Of a stretch of DNA of 64,000 nt, positions 63,350 through 64,000 are shown piece after piece. A model generated the notes under the pieces. It was not told the DNA's origin, did not search any database, and saw only the letters and a program-made list of their open reading frames with translations. Origin of the DNA: Octopus sinensis. Taxonomy: Eukaryota. Both the position numbers and the translations under genes were made by a program. The stretch's first letter is position 1, and the number at the start of each line of letters is the position of its first letter. The stretch lies in contig NC_043001.1 of the NCBI RefSeq assembly GCF_006345805.1, positions 89,218,001 through 89,282,000 of the forward strand. Direction: 5' to 3'.

Positions 63350-63355
<6 letters not shown>
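63220..63355 (+). mobile_element. PLE terminal fragment immediately after the exon H donor
   Basis: CTGTTGTGAAGGATCTCCACTCGAAACGTTAAATCCTCC..CCTGGGCGTCC..TTTGGATTAAC|(TA)n is homologous to the termini at 20417-20520 and 48960-49134. Confidence 0.65.
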
Positions 63356-63398
<43 letters not shown>

Positions 63399-63617
63399 CA
63401 ATAAATGGTGGGGTTGTGTTGACCACACGTGGAGAAATGATAGGAGAGGGAAAATTTATAAAAAAAGCAGAATTGAAGGTAAATTTTAATAAAAATGGGT
63501 GTATGGAAAATTAAAAAAATAATAACTAAGAGTTATAAATTTTCCCTCTCCTATATATATATATATAATATATATATATATAGATATAGATATATATATG
63601 TATATGTATTTGTGTGC

Positions 63618-63674
<57 letters not shown>

Positions 63675-64000
63675 GTATAATTGAGTAACTCCTTTAATTG
63701 ATTATGAGAAAATTAATCAATTAAAGGAGTCATTGGAAACAGCCATAATGAATTGACATCTGTACCGCTTTGTTATTCACTTATATTTTATTCACCTATC
63801 CTGGAATCTACGCTTCATAAATATTATAAATAGTATTTTTAATATGAAGTACATGTCTGAATAGCTAAGAGCAGATTTCTTCCCTCAGCTGGGCCTTATT
63901 ATCTGCATACACTGCAAGCATACTATGTGGCCGGCACTTATGCACCAAGTCTGATATTCACTTAATATTGTTGAGTATACATGTTACTCAGACCTAACAA

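Noticed and set aside
63688-63730. Perfect 17-bp hairpin followed by GGAAAC
   Set aside because: No upstream CUGANGA core is recognisable. It cannot be called a ribozyme or terminator from sequence alone.

Overview
AT-rich, microsatellite- and transposon-saturated eukaryotic DNA. The repeat families look like those of a coleoid cephalopod, probably Octopus (inference from recalled SINE/LINE families; no search was run). There is one host gene: eight + strand coding exons of an anoctamin-10 (ANO10/TMEM16K) orthologue between 32524 and 63213. All have AG/GT boundaries with compatible phases and join into 495 uninterrupted codons; the N-terminal and C-terminal exons were not found in the window. 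Everything else is intronic or upstream sequence filled with mariner, Tc1 and pogo elements, RTE LINEs (with a PHD finger inserted in the RT), R4/Dong, Ingi and CR1-like fragments, Helitrons, at least three tRNA-derived SINE families, and many Penelope-like element (PLE) remnants. The most notable unannotated signal is a set of hammerhead-ribozyme (HHR) motifs at PLE-type termini. One has a complete type I fold and occurs twice, in a perfect 219-bp inverted repeat (36977-37195 / 38575-38793) inside an ANO10 intron. It belongs to a recurring 'inverted arms + HHR-like core + (TA)n edge' architecture. Repeat boundaries are approximate unless stated to the base.
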